Positions 27,285 to 36,600 of a stretch of 37,875 nucleotides of DNA are shown one piece after another (position 1 is the first letter of the stretch; every line of letters starts with the position of its first letter). This stretch comes from an uncultured virus (IMG/VR IMGVR_UViG_3300008108_005860) (taxonomy: Duplodnaviria > Heunggongvirae > Uroviricota > Caudoviricetes), in the IMG/VR virus record IMGVR_UViG_3300008108_005860; one strand, given 5' to 3'. The notes beneath the pieces are model-generated. The model ran no database searches and was not told where the DNA came from. It saw only the letters and a list, made by a program, of their open reading frames with translations. A program made the position numbers and the translations under genes.

Positions 27285-28681
27285 TCGCCACCGCGATAGA
27301 AACCTTCGTAACTTTTGATCCAGCCTAGCTCAATGTCAAACTTGTACTGCACTTTGGTCTTGAGATTGGTCACAAATTCTATCTGCTGGCCAGGCTGCAC
27401 TTCACTGGCATCAAAGGAGATAAACCAACGCTGACCATCATACTCAATGATGTCGTCGGCAGCGGCAATCAATGCCACACCGTTTTCAGTCCAGGCCGGT
27501 GCTGGATCTGTGTTGTTCTTGCTGCCTATGTTGTCAGTCAACAAATAACGCTGTCCTGGAGATGCCAATGGTAATCCTGATCCCGGACCTGAACGCTGTG
27601 GATTGATCACAGCAGAGATAGGCTGTAAGGTATTGGGAGGTAATGTATCTGCGTCGGCAGAGAATAACAGCACACGATCATCCGATGGATGATAAGCCAC
27701 TGTGCCAACTATTTCAGTTTCTAGATCATGATTCTGTATGCGTATCTGGCTGATGCCATTGCGCAGTGCGCCATACAAGTCAATGACATTGTGCCACAGC
27801 AGTGTGCTGGTTTCATCTTCGACAGGATCATTGAGTTCAACGTTGGGCGGTTGATGCGGCACATTACTGCGCAGGCATTGTATCTGTCCTTCCAACAGCA
27901 GGATCTGATAGCCCATGGGAGTTATCACAGCGCGGGTGCCAGCCAGTATGTCGTCGCCTGTGAGAGCATTGTTGGCATCGCCTGATTCATCAAAGATGTT
28001 GGTAATGATCTTGTGGATCACACCATACTTGGTGACTTTCACTGGCGGTGATATCCATACCGGTAGTTTAAGTGTAAAGGTCATGATGTCTATGGGATTG
28101 CCTTGCCCCACGGGCACTGTGCGGCTGCTCCACTGTAGATCAGTCTGCTCTAAAGTTGTCAAGCTGGTCCAATCGATATAGTTGTCAGTGCTTTGTATTT
28201 CTATAGCAGGATTGAACAGTGTACCAATCTGTTCGAAGATGCTTTGTTTTTGTTGTTCGTTGCTGGTCCAGAAATCCACGTTCACCGTGATGTCATATGG
28301 TACTGGCATCATGCGCTCTACAATAAACGCATTACCTTGTGTGCGTTCATATGTATTGGTCACTTCGTCGTAGGTTCTTTGGCGCACAGCGATTTTGCCA
28401 GTGAAGGTGGGATCCTGCACACGATCTCTTGCATACTTCACAGCAGAGATATAAAAGGTAATCTGCGGCGCTGCTGGCAAGTTGTTTTGTGTGTTCTTGG
28501 CTATGATGTCAGCAGCCTGTCTAGAGGCATTGCCGTACATACAAGGTATCCTGACCAATATGGGATTGCCTTCTTGATCTTTGCCGTACTCACATTGGAA
28601 GTTGCTGAATGCGCGAGCGATCTGCAGCATGAATCTGCGGATTTGTCCGTCGTAAAAGTAAGGTACGAGATTGTTGGCCAT
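27266..28681 (-). CDS. gp15: Tail sheath stabiliser/completion protein with C-terminal extension
   Basis: YFYDGQIRRF...FSNF...PCMYG...MPVPYDI...EQI..LFNP...FTL..WISPP; follows the gp14-like gene. Confidence 0.8.
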   Translation of the reverse strand: MANNLVPYFYDGQIRRFMLQIARAFSNFQCEYGKDQEGNPILVRIPCMYGNASRQAADIIAKNTQNNLPAAPQITFYISAVKYARDRVQDPTFTGKIAVRQRTYDEVTNTYERTQGNAFIVERMMPVPYDITVNVDFWTSNEQQKQSIFEQIGTLFNPAIEIQSTDNYIDWTSLTTLEQTDLQWSSRTVPVGQGNPIDIMTFTLKLPVWISPPVKVTKYGVIHKIITNIFDESGDANNALTGDDILAGTRAVITPMGYQILLLEGQIQCLRSNVPHQPPNVELNDPVEDETSTLLWHNVIDLYGALRNGISQIRIQNHDLETEIVGTVAYHPSDDRVLLFSADADTLPPNTLQPISAVINPQRSGPGSGLPLASPGQRYLLTDNIGSKNNTDPAPAWTENGVALIAAADDIIEYDGQRWFISFDASEVQPGQQIEFVTNLKTKVQYKFDIELGWIKSYEGFYRGGDWSIVL

Positions 28682-28686
28682 GACTA

Positions 28687-30006
28687 TTAGTTATCGTCCT
28701 TAGGCCGCAGTGCTTTAGATAATGATTGTTTGCGCGGAATCTCACCGCGATCCGTGGTGGAGATATCACCAGGGTTGTTGTAAAATGCATAGTGCTCAGT
28801 GTCATTGGTGTTGCTGGGCGTGATATTGGTTCTCACACGATCTTCAAACTTGACCCAGTGTGCGCCATCAAAACGGAACAGTCTATTGGGCATATAATCT
28901 AGACGCAGGCAGAAATCACCCTCTCTGGGATCGCGTGGGAATACCACGCCAGGTGTGACAGGAGCACCATTGGGCGGCAAACCGTCACCAGTGAGATAAC
29001 CCATGGTCCAAGCATTGTTTCTGGGCGTGATACTTTCAGAAGATGATGGTATGTCTGTTTGTGAACTGTTTACCAAGGTCTGATCTGCGGTGTAGGTAGA
29101 TCCCAAGGGCTCGCCGTCCACGGTGGTGGGCACGATATAAAATGGTACAGTGTCGTAGCCTGACAGCGGAACTTCTGCTTCGGCCTGCGCCAGGATAGCA
29201 TTGTTGATGTCTATGTTCTTCTGGTAAGTAGACATCATGTCTCGGAAGGTCTGGTTGGGATCTAGGCCCCAATATGGATCGTCATCTTTGCCGGTAGGTG
29301 CCACACCAGTAGGCACATCCTGTTTGGCAATGTAATTCTTGTCGCCAAATGTAACACGGTCGCCTTCAAAGTAAGCGATGGTCTTGCCCCAGGGTCCAAA
29401 GTAGTTGGTCTGATTTTCGGGCTGAGTCAATATCTGCGCAAACTCTTGGCTGTCTACCAAGGGCTCGCACTTCACACGCCACAGGTGTGGATACCAAGTG
29501 GGACTGAATCCTTCAGCAGCATTGGCTGTGTCTTGCACCACATAATATCTCTTGAGACTGGTCTGTACTTCATCGTAGTTTAGCGGAAAGAACTCACGTA
29601 GATAAGGCATTTCGATCACATCGCCTGACATCAGCAGTCGGCCAATGGTATTCACACAGTCGGTTTTGTGTACTGTGCAGAACAATGTGTCGTTGTTTAG
29701 AAATAGACCAAACTGTGTTAGATCAAAGTCTATGTTCTGCATGGTATGATGCATACGCAGTCTATACACCGTGGTATCATACTTGCGATCTCGATTTTCT
29801 AGATACAGCAGGTCTTGGATGTTGTTAACGCTTTGATTTAGATAATCAGGTTGCGTGGCATCGTTAGAGGTGCCTTGATTGATAGGCCCCACATACTTGT
29901 GTATCAATACCGTGGCACAGCCCACCGTGAATTGTTCCGAAATCCTGCGGTCAAACCATTTGTAATCGTTGGTGAAATTCTCGCGGTAAAGACTAAGTTT
30001 GGGCAT
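28687..30006 (-). CDS. gp14: Neck/head-closure protein with inserted domains
   Basis: DLLYLENRDRKYD...FDLTQFGLFL..D...GRLLMSGDVIEMP...WRVKCEP; position relative to gp13 and gp15. Confidence 0.7.
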   Translation of the reverse strand: MPKLSLYRENFTNDYKWFDRRISEQFTVGCATVLIHKYVGPINQGTSNDATQPDYLNQSVNNIQDLLYLENRDRKYDTTVYRLRMHHTMQNIDFDLTQFGLFLNNDTLFCTVHKTDCVNTIGRLLMSGDVIEMPYLREFFPLNYDEVQTSLKRYYVVQDTANAAEGFSPTWYPHLWRVKCEPLVDSQEFAQILTQPENQTNYFGPWGKTIAYFEGDRVTFGDKNYIAKQDVPTGVAPTGKDDDPYWGLDPNQTFRDMMSTYQKNIDINNAILAQAEAEVPLSGYDTVPFYIVPTTVDGEPLGSTYTADQTLVNSSQTDIPSSSESITPRNNAWTMGYLTGDGLPPNGAPVTPGVVFPRDPREGDFCLRLDYMPNRLFRFDGAHWVKFEDRVRTNITPSNTNDTEHYAFYNNPGDISTTDRGEIPRKQSLSKALRPKDDN

Positions 30007-30012
30007 AATACG

Positions 30013-30020
30013 TATTTAGC
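30013..30020 (-). promoter_or_regulatory. Late promoter GCTAAATA
   Basis: 6 nt upstream of the ATG at 30006. Confidence 0.7.
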
Positions 30021-30041
30021 GGTTTTTTGGTAGCCTACAAT

Positions 30042-30070
30042 TTGACCAAATATTCTTTTTAGTGTAATAT
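30042..30070 (+). promoter_or_regulatory. Sigma70-type promoter TTGACC-N17-TAATAT
   Basis: Canonical spacing, 6 nt before the ATG at 30077. Confidence 0.65.
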
Positions 30071-30076
30071 GGTGCT

Positions 30077-30346
30077 ATGACACAATTGGTAATTCAAAAA
30101 GCAGAAGATTGGAACAGCGTAGAACCCCTGCTACGCCAGTATCTACGCGGATTAGAGCAAGGCGCAGATGGGCATCGCATCATTAGAGCCATAGATCATT
30201 TGATCGCCGAACTCAGCAACATCGAAGTGGAACAGCGCAGGCTACATAGAGTTTTACCAAAACATCAAGAATTGGTTGACCAAATAAACACAAACCTGTT
30301 AGAATTAGAAAAGCATATATTCTTGGCTAAATTAAGCAAAAAGTGA
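30077..30346 (+). CDS. Hypothetical helical protein
   Basis: Clean ORF after a promoter; no motif recognised. Confidence 0.75.
   Translation: MTQLVIQKAEDWNSVEPLLRQYLRGLEQGADGHRIIRAIDHLIAELSNIEVEQRRLHRVLPKHQELVDQINTNLLELEKHIFLAKLSKK
30276..30305 (+). promoter_or_regulatory. Internal sigma70-type promoter TTGACC-N18-TAGAAT with extended -10 TG
   Basis: TTGACC 30276-30281, TG 30297-30298, TAGAAT 30300-30305. Confidence 0.55.
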
Positions 30347-30354
30347 GGCAATCC

Positions 30355-31509
30355 ATGGTCAGAACCAGCACAGCAAAAACCACAGCCATTAAACTCCTGA
30401 AACCACGGGACGGTGATCTCAAAAACGTAGGACCTGAGCCAGACTGGCGCACACAGCCCGAAGCAGACAAACGTTCATCTGCGGTGCTTCACGCCATCAA
30501 TTGGTACAACTACAATTTCCAACGCAAAGACAGCAAAGAATTCCTGCTGGATTATCTAGAACGCAATGGGCGCGGCACAGAAGCCAAACGCATCAAAGGT
30601 GTCAGCGACTACGAATTCAAGCACGTGACAGGCTGGCTGGCTCGCATGACCACAGTGGGCCTACAACTCAGTGAGCACGAAGAACTGCACGTCAGCGCAG
30701 AAATCACTAGACTCAAGGCATTGAAAGAACAAGTAAAGAAAGAAGTCAAAGATGATGATGTGATCAAGCCCAATATCCAGGACAGACTGCGTGACAAGGC
30801 CATAGAAGCCGCTGGCGAATTAGAAGCCATGTATGATGATTTCTGCACAGCGGGAGAAGTAAAACTGAATTTGAACAACCACAAGCCCATGACCATCATA
30901 CGCGGTATGAATGTTCAGCCCACACATATCAGTCAAGTGCGCGATCCTTTTGCCAGCAAAGTGGCAGAACTTACAGAAGCCCTGGAAGGCAAGGATGCTC
31001 AGTTGGTCGAAGGCTACAGTCGTTGGGGCAAAAATGAACTCAAGCAGATGCTGAAGTTCTGTGAGTTGGTGGTAGCCGATTGCGACAGTTATGTGCAGAT
31101 CAAAAAAGTAGAACGCAAACCCAGGGCCAAGAAAAAGCAAACGCCCGATCAGATTGTGCGCAAACTAAAATATCTGCAGTCGTTCCCAGAATTAAAACTC
31201 ACTTCAGAGTCCGCTACCAAACTGGCAGACTGCACAGAGTTCTACACCTACGATACCACCAAGCGCAAACTACAGCACTATGTGGCTGACTCACACGTGG
31301 GGTCCATGACTGTGAAAAACAACACCATCATTGGTTTTGATGCCAATCTCAGTGTGAGCAAAACTCTGCGCAAACCAGCAGATCAACTGAAAGCCCTGTT
31401 TGCCGGCGGCAAGCCCGGGGCTCGCAAGTATTTCAAAGACATCAAGGCCACCGAAATCAAACTCAACGGGCGTTTCAACGAAAATCTCATAATCCTTAAA
31501 GTTTGGTAA
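30355..31509 (+). CDS. Hypothetical basic protein
   Basis: Long ORF; GTGAGG RBS favours ATG 30355 over GTG 30343; Lys-rich linker KKVERKPRAKKK. Confidence 0.8.
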   Translation: MVRTSTAKTTAIKLLKPRDGDLKNVGPEPDWRTQPEADKRSSAVLHAINWYNYNFQRKDSKEFLLDYLERNGRGTEAKRIKGVSDYEFKHVTGWLARMTTVGLQLSEHEELHVSAEITRLKALKEQVKKEVKDDDVIKPNIQDRLRDKAIEAAGELEAMYDDFCTAGEVKLNLNNHKPMTIIRGMNVQPTHISQVRDPFASKVAELTEALEGKDAQLVEGYSRWGKNELKQMLKFCELVVADCDSYVQIKKVERKPRAKKKQTPDQIVRKLKYLQSFPELKLTSESATKLADCTEFYTYDTTKRKLQHYVADSHVGSMTVKNNTIIGFDANLSVSKTLRKPADQLKALFAGGKPGARKYFKDIKATEIKLNGRFNENLIILKVW

Positions 31510-31528
31510 ACTAACACTCACAGCAGCC

Positions 31529-31562
31529 AGCCCTGTGCTAAATACAGCACAGGGCTTTTCTT
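31529..31562 (+). terminator. Terminator-like hairpin that contains the late promoter GCTAAATA
   Basis: AGCCCTGTGCT-AAATAC-AGCACAGGGCT-TTTCTT immediately before ATG 31563. Confidence 0.75.
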
Positions 31563-32321
31563 ATGAGTGATACACTGACCAATCTTAAATCCAAAGTATT
31601 TGACTATGTGAACACCCGCTTGGGCGGCAACTTGGTTGACGTAGAACTCAATGCTCCAGACTATGAAGTGGCCTATGAACAGGCAGTATTGACCTATAGA
31701 CAACGGGCTCAAAATGCCTACGAAGAAGCCTACAATTTTATCACTCTGCAGAGTGATCTAACACACTACACATTGCCGCAGGAGATCTACAATGTGCGTC
31801 AGATCTTCCGACGTACCATTGGTTTTGCCCAAGGTCCTTTCAGCCAGAGTTTTGATCCCTTCAGCAGTGCCATCATGAACACATACCTGCTGAATTTCAA
31901 CTATTCGGGTGGTTTGGCCACATACGACTTTTACACCCAATATGTAGAGCAGGCTGCTAGAATGTTTGGTGGATTCATCAACTACACCTACAATCCGGTG
32001 ACCAAGGTGCTGCACATCATCAACTATCCCAAGGGTGAAGGCGAAGTGATCCTGCTGTGGTGCGATCAGATGCGTCCCGAAATACAACTCTTGACCGACT
32101 ATCGCATCCTGCCTTGGATACGGGACTATACCTATGCTGTGTGCAAACAGATCATTGGCGAGGCTCGTGAAAAATTCAATTCCATCGCCGGTCCGGGCGG
32201 TGGCACCACGCTGAATGGCGCACAACTCAAGGCCGAAGCCAAAGAAGACATGGCCAAGTTGATTGATGATCTACAGAAGTACGTGGATGGCAGCCAACCT
32301 TACTACTGGGTACAAGGTTAA
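31563..32321 (+). CDS. gp13: Neck/head-tail adaptor protein
   Basis: RLGGNLVDVEL...WIRDYTYAVCKQIIGEAREKF...GPGGGTTLNG..LKAEA. Confidence 0.88.
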   Translation: MSDTLTNLKSKVFDYVNTRLGGNLVDVELNAPDYEVAYEQAVLTYRQRAQNAYEEAYNFITLQSDLTHYTLPQEIYNVRQIFRRTIGFAQGPFSQSFDPFSSAIMNTYLLNFNYSGGLATYDFYTQYVEQAARMFGGFINYTYNPVTKVLHIINYPKGEGEVILLWCDQMRPEIQLLTDYRILPWIRDYTYAVCKQIIGEAREKFNSIAGPGGGTTLNGAQLKAEAKEDMAKLIDDLQKYVDGSQPYYWVQG

Positions 32322-32349
32322 ACTGCGTCAAATATTCTTGCCTAAAAAT

Positions 32350-32378
32350 TTGCACTCTCTCTAAAGATGTTATAAAAT
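32350..32378 (+). promoter_or_regulatory. Sigma70-type promoter TTGCAC-N17-TAAAAT
   Basis: Canonical spacing upstream of a GGAGG RBS. Confidence 0.65.
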
Positions 32379-32399
32379 ACATTACGCAGGGAGGCAACA

Positions 32400-32591
32400 G
32401 TGGTAGAGAAAAAAATTCCTAAATTATTTGAACGCATTGGTATATCAGCCAATGCCAACGTTGCTACAGATCAAGCAGCAACGCCAGTCTTGTCACCAAA
32501 GCCCAAGGCACCGCCTCCGCCGAAGGGACCTAAAAACTCCCGGGGTTTTGGTGGCTCCAAAGTACGCAGAACCAGCGGCAGGGGGCGATAA
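32400..32591 (+). CDS. Small basic Pro/Gly/Arg-rich protein
   Basis: GGGAGG RBS, GTG start, TAATG coupling to dNMP kinase. Confidence 0.65.
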   Translation: MVEKKIPKLFERIGISANANVATDQAATPVLSPKPKAPPPPKGPKNSRGFGGSKVRRTSGRGR

Positions 32592-33265
32592 TGTCCAAAA
32601 GAATCATTGGCGTCTGTGGTCTTATCGGCTCAGGCAAAGACACCATCGCTGACTATCTAGTGAACATACATCAGTTCCGCAGAGAATCCTTTGCCAACAG
32701 CCTCAAAGACGCAGTGGCCGCTGTGTTTGGCTGGGACAGGGAAATGCTGGAAGGTCGTAGCAAAAGCAGCAGAGAATGGCGCGAATGTGTGGATCCCTGG
32801 TGGGCAGAAAGACTGGGCATACCGCATCTGACACCGCGCTGGATACTACAGTATTGGGGCACAGAAGTATGTCGCCGGGCCTTCCACGATGACATCTGGA
32901 TTGCTGCTGTAGAGCACAAACTGTCTAAATCCCAGGACGACATCGTTATCAGTGACTGCAGATTTCCCAATGAAATTGCGGCCATCAAGCAACAGAACGG
33001 TTTGGTCATACGTGTGAAACGCGGCCCTGATCCCGAATGGTACAGACACGCTGAAGCAGTCAATGCCGGCCCTAGATTCATTGGCTGGGCGCTGAGCAAG
33101 TCCAAAATGGAAGATTACAAAATCCACCCCAGCGAAACATCCTGGATTGGCAGTGATTTTGATCATGTGATCGACAACAACAACTCCTTGGATGAGTTGT
33201 ACAGTCAGATTGATGCTTTACTCAACGTGGTCACCGCGACGCCAGACGCTCTTGTCCCAGCTTAG
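32591..33265 (+). CDS. gp1: Deoxynucleoside monophosphate kinase
   Basis: GLIGSGKDT P-loop, FANSLK, TPRWILQYWGTE, ISDCRFPNE, HPSE. Confidence 0.93.
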   Translation: MSKRIIGVCGLIGSGKDTIADYLVNIHQFRRESFANSLKDAVAAVFGWDREMLEGRSKSSREWRECVDPWWAERLGIPHLTPRWILQYWGTEVCRRAFHDDIWIAAVEHKLSKSQDDIVISDCRFPNEIAAIKQQNGLVIRVKRGPDPEWYRHAEAVNAGPRFIGWALSKSKMEDYKIHPSETSWIGSDFDHVIDNNNSLDELYSQIDALLNVVTATPDALVPA

Positions 33266-33556
33266 TTCTACCGCACAGTTATGACACACTGTGCGTAGAT
33301 TATGCAATTGGCTGTTGTTCAAATTCCCATCCAAATGATACACCATGAGTTGTCGTGCTATTTTGGCACGAAACCCGCATAGGTCACAGATTTTTTTCAA
33401 CTTGTAGCCCTGCGCAGACCAGCGTGGAGTTTGTACAGGTAGTTTTTTATGGCGCCGTTCACACTCGGTGCATCTGCTGCGATACACACACTTGTCATTG
33501 CGATAGTAAGCAATGGCTCTGGGACGGCGTTCGCAGGCTTTGCACAAGGGTCTCAT
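33218..33556 (-). CDS. Zinc-binding HNH-family protein
   Basis: CKAC, CTEC, CDLC, then HLDGNLNN...NLRTVCHNC; ATG 33556 follows GTAAATA. Confidence 0.8.
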   Translation of the reverse strand: MRPLCKACERRPRAIAYYRNDKCVYRSRCTECERRHKKLPVQTPRWSAQGYKLKKICDLCGFRAKIARQLMVYHLDGNLNNSQLHNLRTVCHNCAVELSWDKSVWRRGDHVE

Positions 33557-33612
33557 ACACATATTTACAGCAAAACCTACTTAGTAGGTTGCCATAACCA
33601 GCCAGATTTCGC

Positions 33613-33651
33613 AGTTCTTTATAAATATCTACAACTGGATATAAAGGAACT
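33613..33651 (+). promoter_or_regulatory. Late promoter TATAAATA within an RBS-sequestering hairpin
   Basis: AGTTCTTTATA (33613-33623) pairs with TATAAAGGAACT (33640-33651) with one bulge; promoter at 33620-33627. Confidence 0.7.
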
Positions 33652-33656
33652 AAACC

Positions 33657-36600
33657 ATGGCATTAATTTCACCAGGCGTAGAAGTAACAGTCATAGACGA
33701 AAGTCAATACTTACCCGCAGCAGCAGGTACTGTACCTTTCATACTTTTTGCATCAGCCCAGAACAAAATTTCTGGCACAGGTACAGGCGTAGCAGCAGGA
33801 ACGTTGGCAGTCAACGCAGGCAAGGTATATTTAATTACCAGCCAGCGTGATATGGCTACCACATTTGGTAATCCATTCTTCTACACAACCACCGCTGGTA
33901 CACCCATCAACGGTTACGAACTCAACGAATATGGTTTGTTGGCAGCTTACTCAGTACTAGGCGTCAGCAACCGCGCATTTATGATGCGTGCCAACATTGA
34001 CTTGGCAGCACTGGCTGCTAGTCTAAGTCGTCCCTTGGGCGATCCTGCTCCCAATACATATTGGCTAGATACAGATGCCAGCACATTTGGTGTATTTGAG
34101 TGGAACAGCACAGGTGGCGGCGGCTCAGGCAACTTGATACTTAAAACGCCTACAGTGATTACAGATCCTGATCAAACCACAGGTCCCAATGTGGCACCTC
34201 TTCAAAGTGTGGGCATGATCGGTGATTATGCCATCGTTGCAACCAACACAGATTTGCCTCTGTACTACAAAGCAGGTAACACTATTCCTAGCACAGATAA
34301 TAATTATAATCAGTGGGTCCAAGTTGGATCTTCATCTTGGCAAAATGTATGGCCCACAGTACAATCTGCAGCAGTTACCACAGGCGTACAGGGTTATCTC
34401 ACACTCAACGGTACCACTATCAACAGCGGTATTGACACAGACTTGTTAGATGTAGCTTATGGCGGTGGTGGCAACACTTATGTTGCTGTTGGCGCTACAG
34501 TCAATTCCTCAACCAATGAAATTTATTACGCTCCTGCTGCCAACGTATCCGGAACATGGTCAGTGGCCAATACTGCTGGCTTCTCGTATACCAGCAATTC
34601 ATTTACAGCAGTAGGAGATTCGGGCACTATCTATACCACGGCTAACTTGTTGGCAGGCTTTACAGCAGCCGGTGCTAACGCCAACGTCAGCACACAACTT
34701 TTGGGCGTTGCCTCTTTGGCCAACGCTAGTGCTCAGTTTGCAGTGGGAGCCAGTGGTCGTATGTTGTATACAGGAGATGCATGGTCAACACTGTCTAATG
34801 TGTCAAATGCAAGTCTTACCACCAACACACTCAATGCTGTGGCTTACAACGGTGGCACTACAATCGTAGTTGGTGCCGGCGGTACTGTGTTACGCAATGC
34901 TTCGGATGCAGCCAGCAACGTATCTGCATGGACCGCTGTGACTGCCAGTGCAATTGCATCAACTAAAAATCTAGTAGATGTCACATATACCAACGGACAG
35001 TTTGTGGCTATTGCTGCATCTGGAGAAGTTTATGTATCTACCGACGGTAGTACCTGGACTGCAGGCACAGCATCTGGTTTGACCAGTATTGCTGCCATAG
35101 CCGGTGGGTACAATGCCAGCACTGCTGTTATTGTAGGCGCCGATGGAGGCGTGGTAGTAGGCAATCCCAATGCTCTTTGGACAACTAATCCACAAGGCGC
35201 TACTTTATCTACTTTGGCGACATCAATAAATGCTGCCAGCATCACAGGCATCACCGCAGGCGTGGTCAATAATAGACTTAATATCTACGGCGGATACACA
35301 GCACAGCCTTCGGGTGGTGCTTATGGTACTATAGTTTTAGGCGGCGATTCCAGTATGTTGAGTTTGCTTGGTATCAACGCTGGTACGTACAATGTACCTG
35401 TCACACAAGCAGGACCGCATACCAATCCTCCACGCTGGACCAGTACACTAACTACACAGCGTCCTTCAGGATCTATTTGGAACAAGACCACAGCAGTCAA
35501 CAATGGAACACTGCTGACAGTCAGCAAATGGAGCACAACACTACTGCAATTTGTACAGCAGGCCTGTCCATTGTACATCAGTGATGCGGCTGTTAACAAT
35601 GCATTAGATCCATCGGGCGGCGGCAAAAATATTGCTGCCGGCGCTACCTATGCACAAATCCATCCCATGACAGACACCAATGTGTTTGCTGTCAACACCA
35701 CAACCAACACTGTAACCAACGGTTTGATTGGTATGCAATTATTCCAGCGTTATGCTTCGGGTCCTACCAATGCACAAGGTGTCACAGCAAATCCTACCTT
35801 TACTAGTTCTACAGATAAAACTTTCTATATCAGTGCTAGTGTCAAAGGATCCAGCGCATATGCTACTCCGGTGCAGCGCACAGTTGGGGGGACTTATAGT
35901 GCTGCAGATTTTGTCACAGCAGTGCTGAGTGCTAACCTTGATGGAGTAACTGCTGAAGTCAATGCTCAAGGATACATTATACTGTCTCATGCATACGGCG
36001 GCAGTATCCTGTTGCAAAACGGAAGCAGCAGCAGTACTATTGTAAGTCTTGCAGGTTTTGTGCCCAACGACGGTGTCGCAACCACAGTCACAGTCAATGC
36101 AAAGACCAATACTTATTTTGGCAGCACAGGCTTGGGCGGTAACGGTAGTGTTGTTGAACTCAGTAACTGGGTCGATGGCAGCACTTGGGAACTGGGAACA
36201 GAAGTTTACTATCAGCCCACAGCACCTGATCGCTTGCCTGACAACGGCACATATTGGTACTACTCGGCTGCCGATCAAGTGGACATCATGATCAAAGATG
36301 GCGGTCAATGGAAAGGTTATTATAATGTCACTGCTGATATCCGTGGCTATAATCTCAGTACAGGATTAAACACAGATGGTCCTATTATAAGTCCTACAGA
36401 GCCTACTACTATCACAGTCAACGGCAGCGAAATTCAACTGACAAGTCAAGTGGGTCAGTTGTGGATTGACACCAGCGATCTTGATAACTATCCTATCGTA
36501 AAACGCTGGCAAGAAATAGCACCCGGTGATTATCAGTGGGTGTTGATAGACAATGCTGATCAGACTGGCCAGAATGGTATTTTGTTTGCAGATGCACGCT

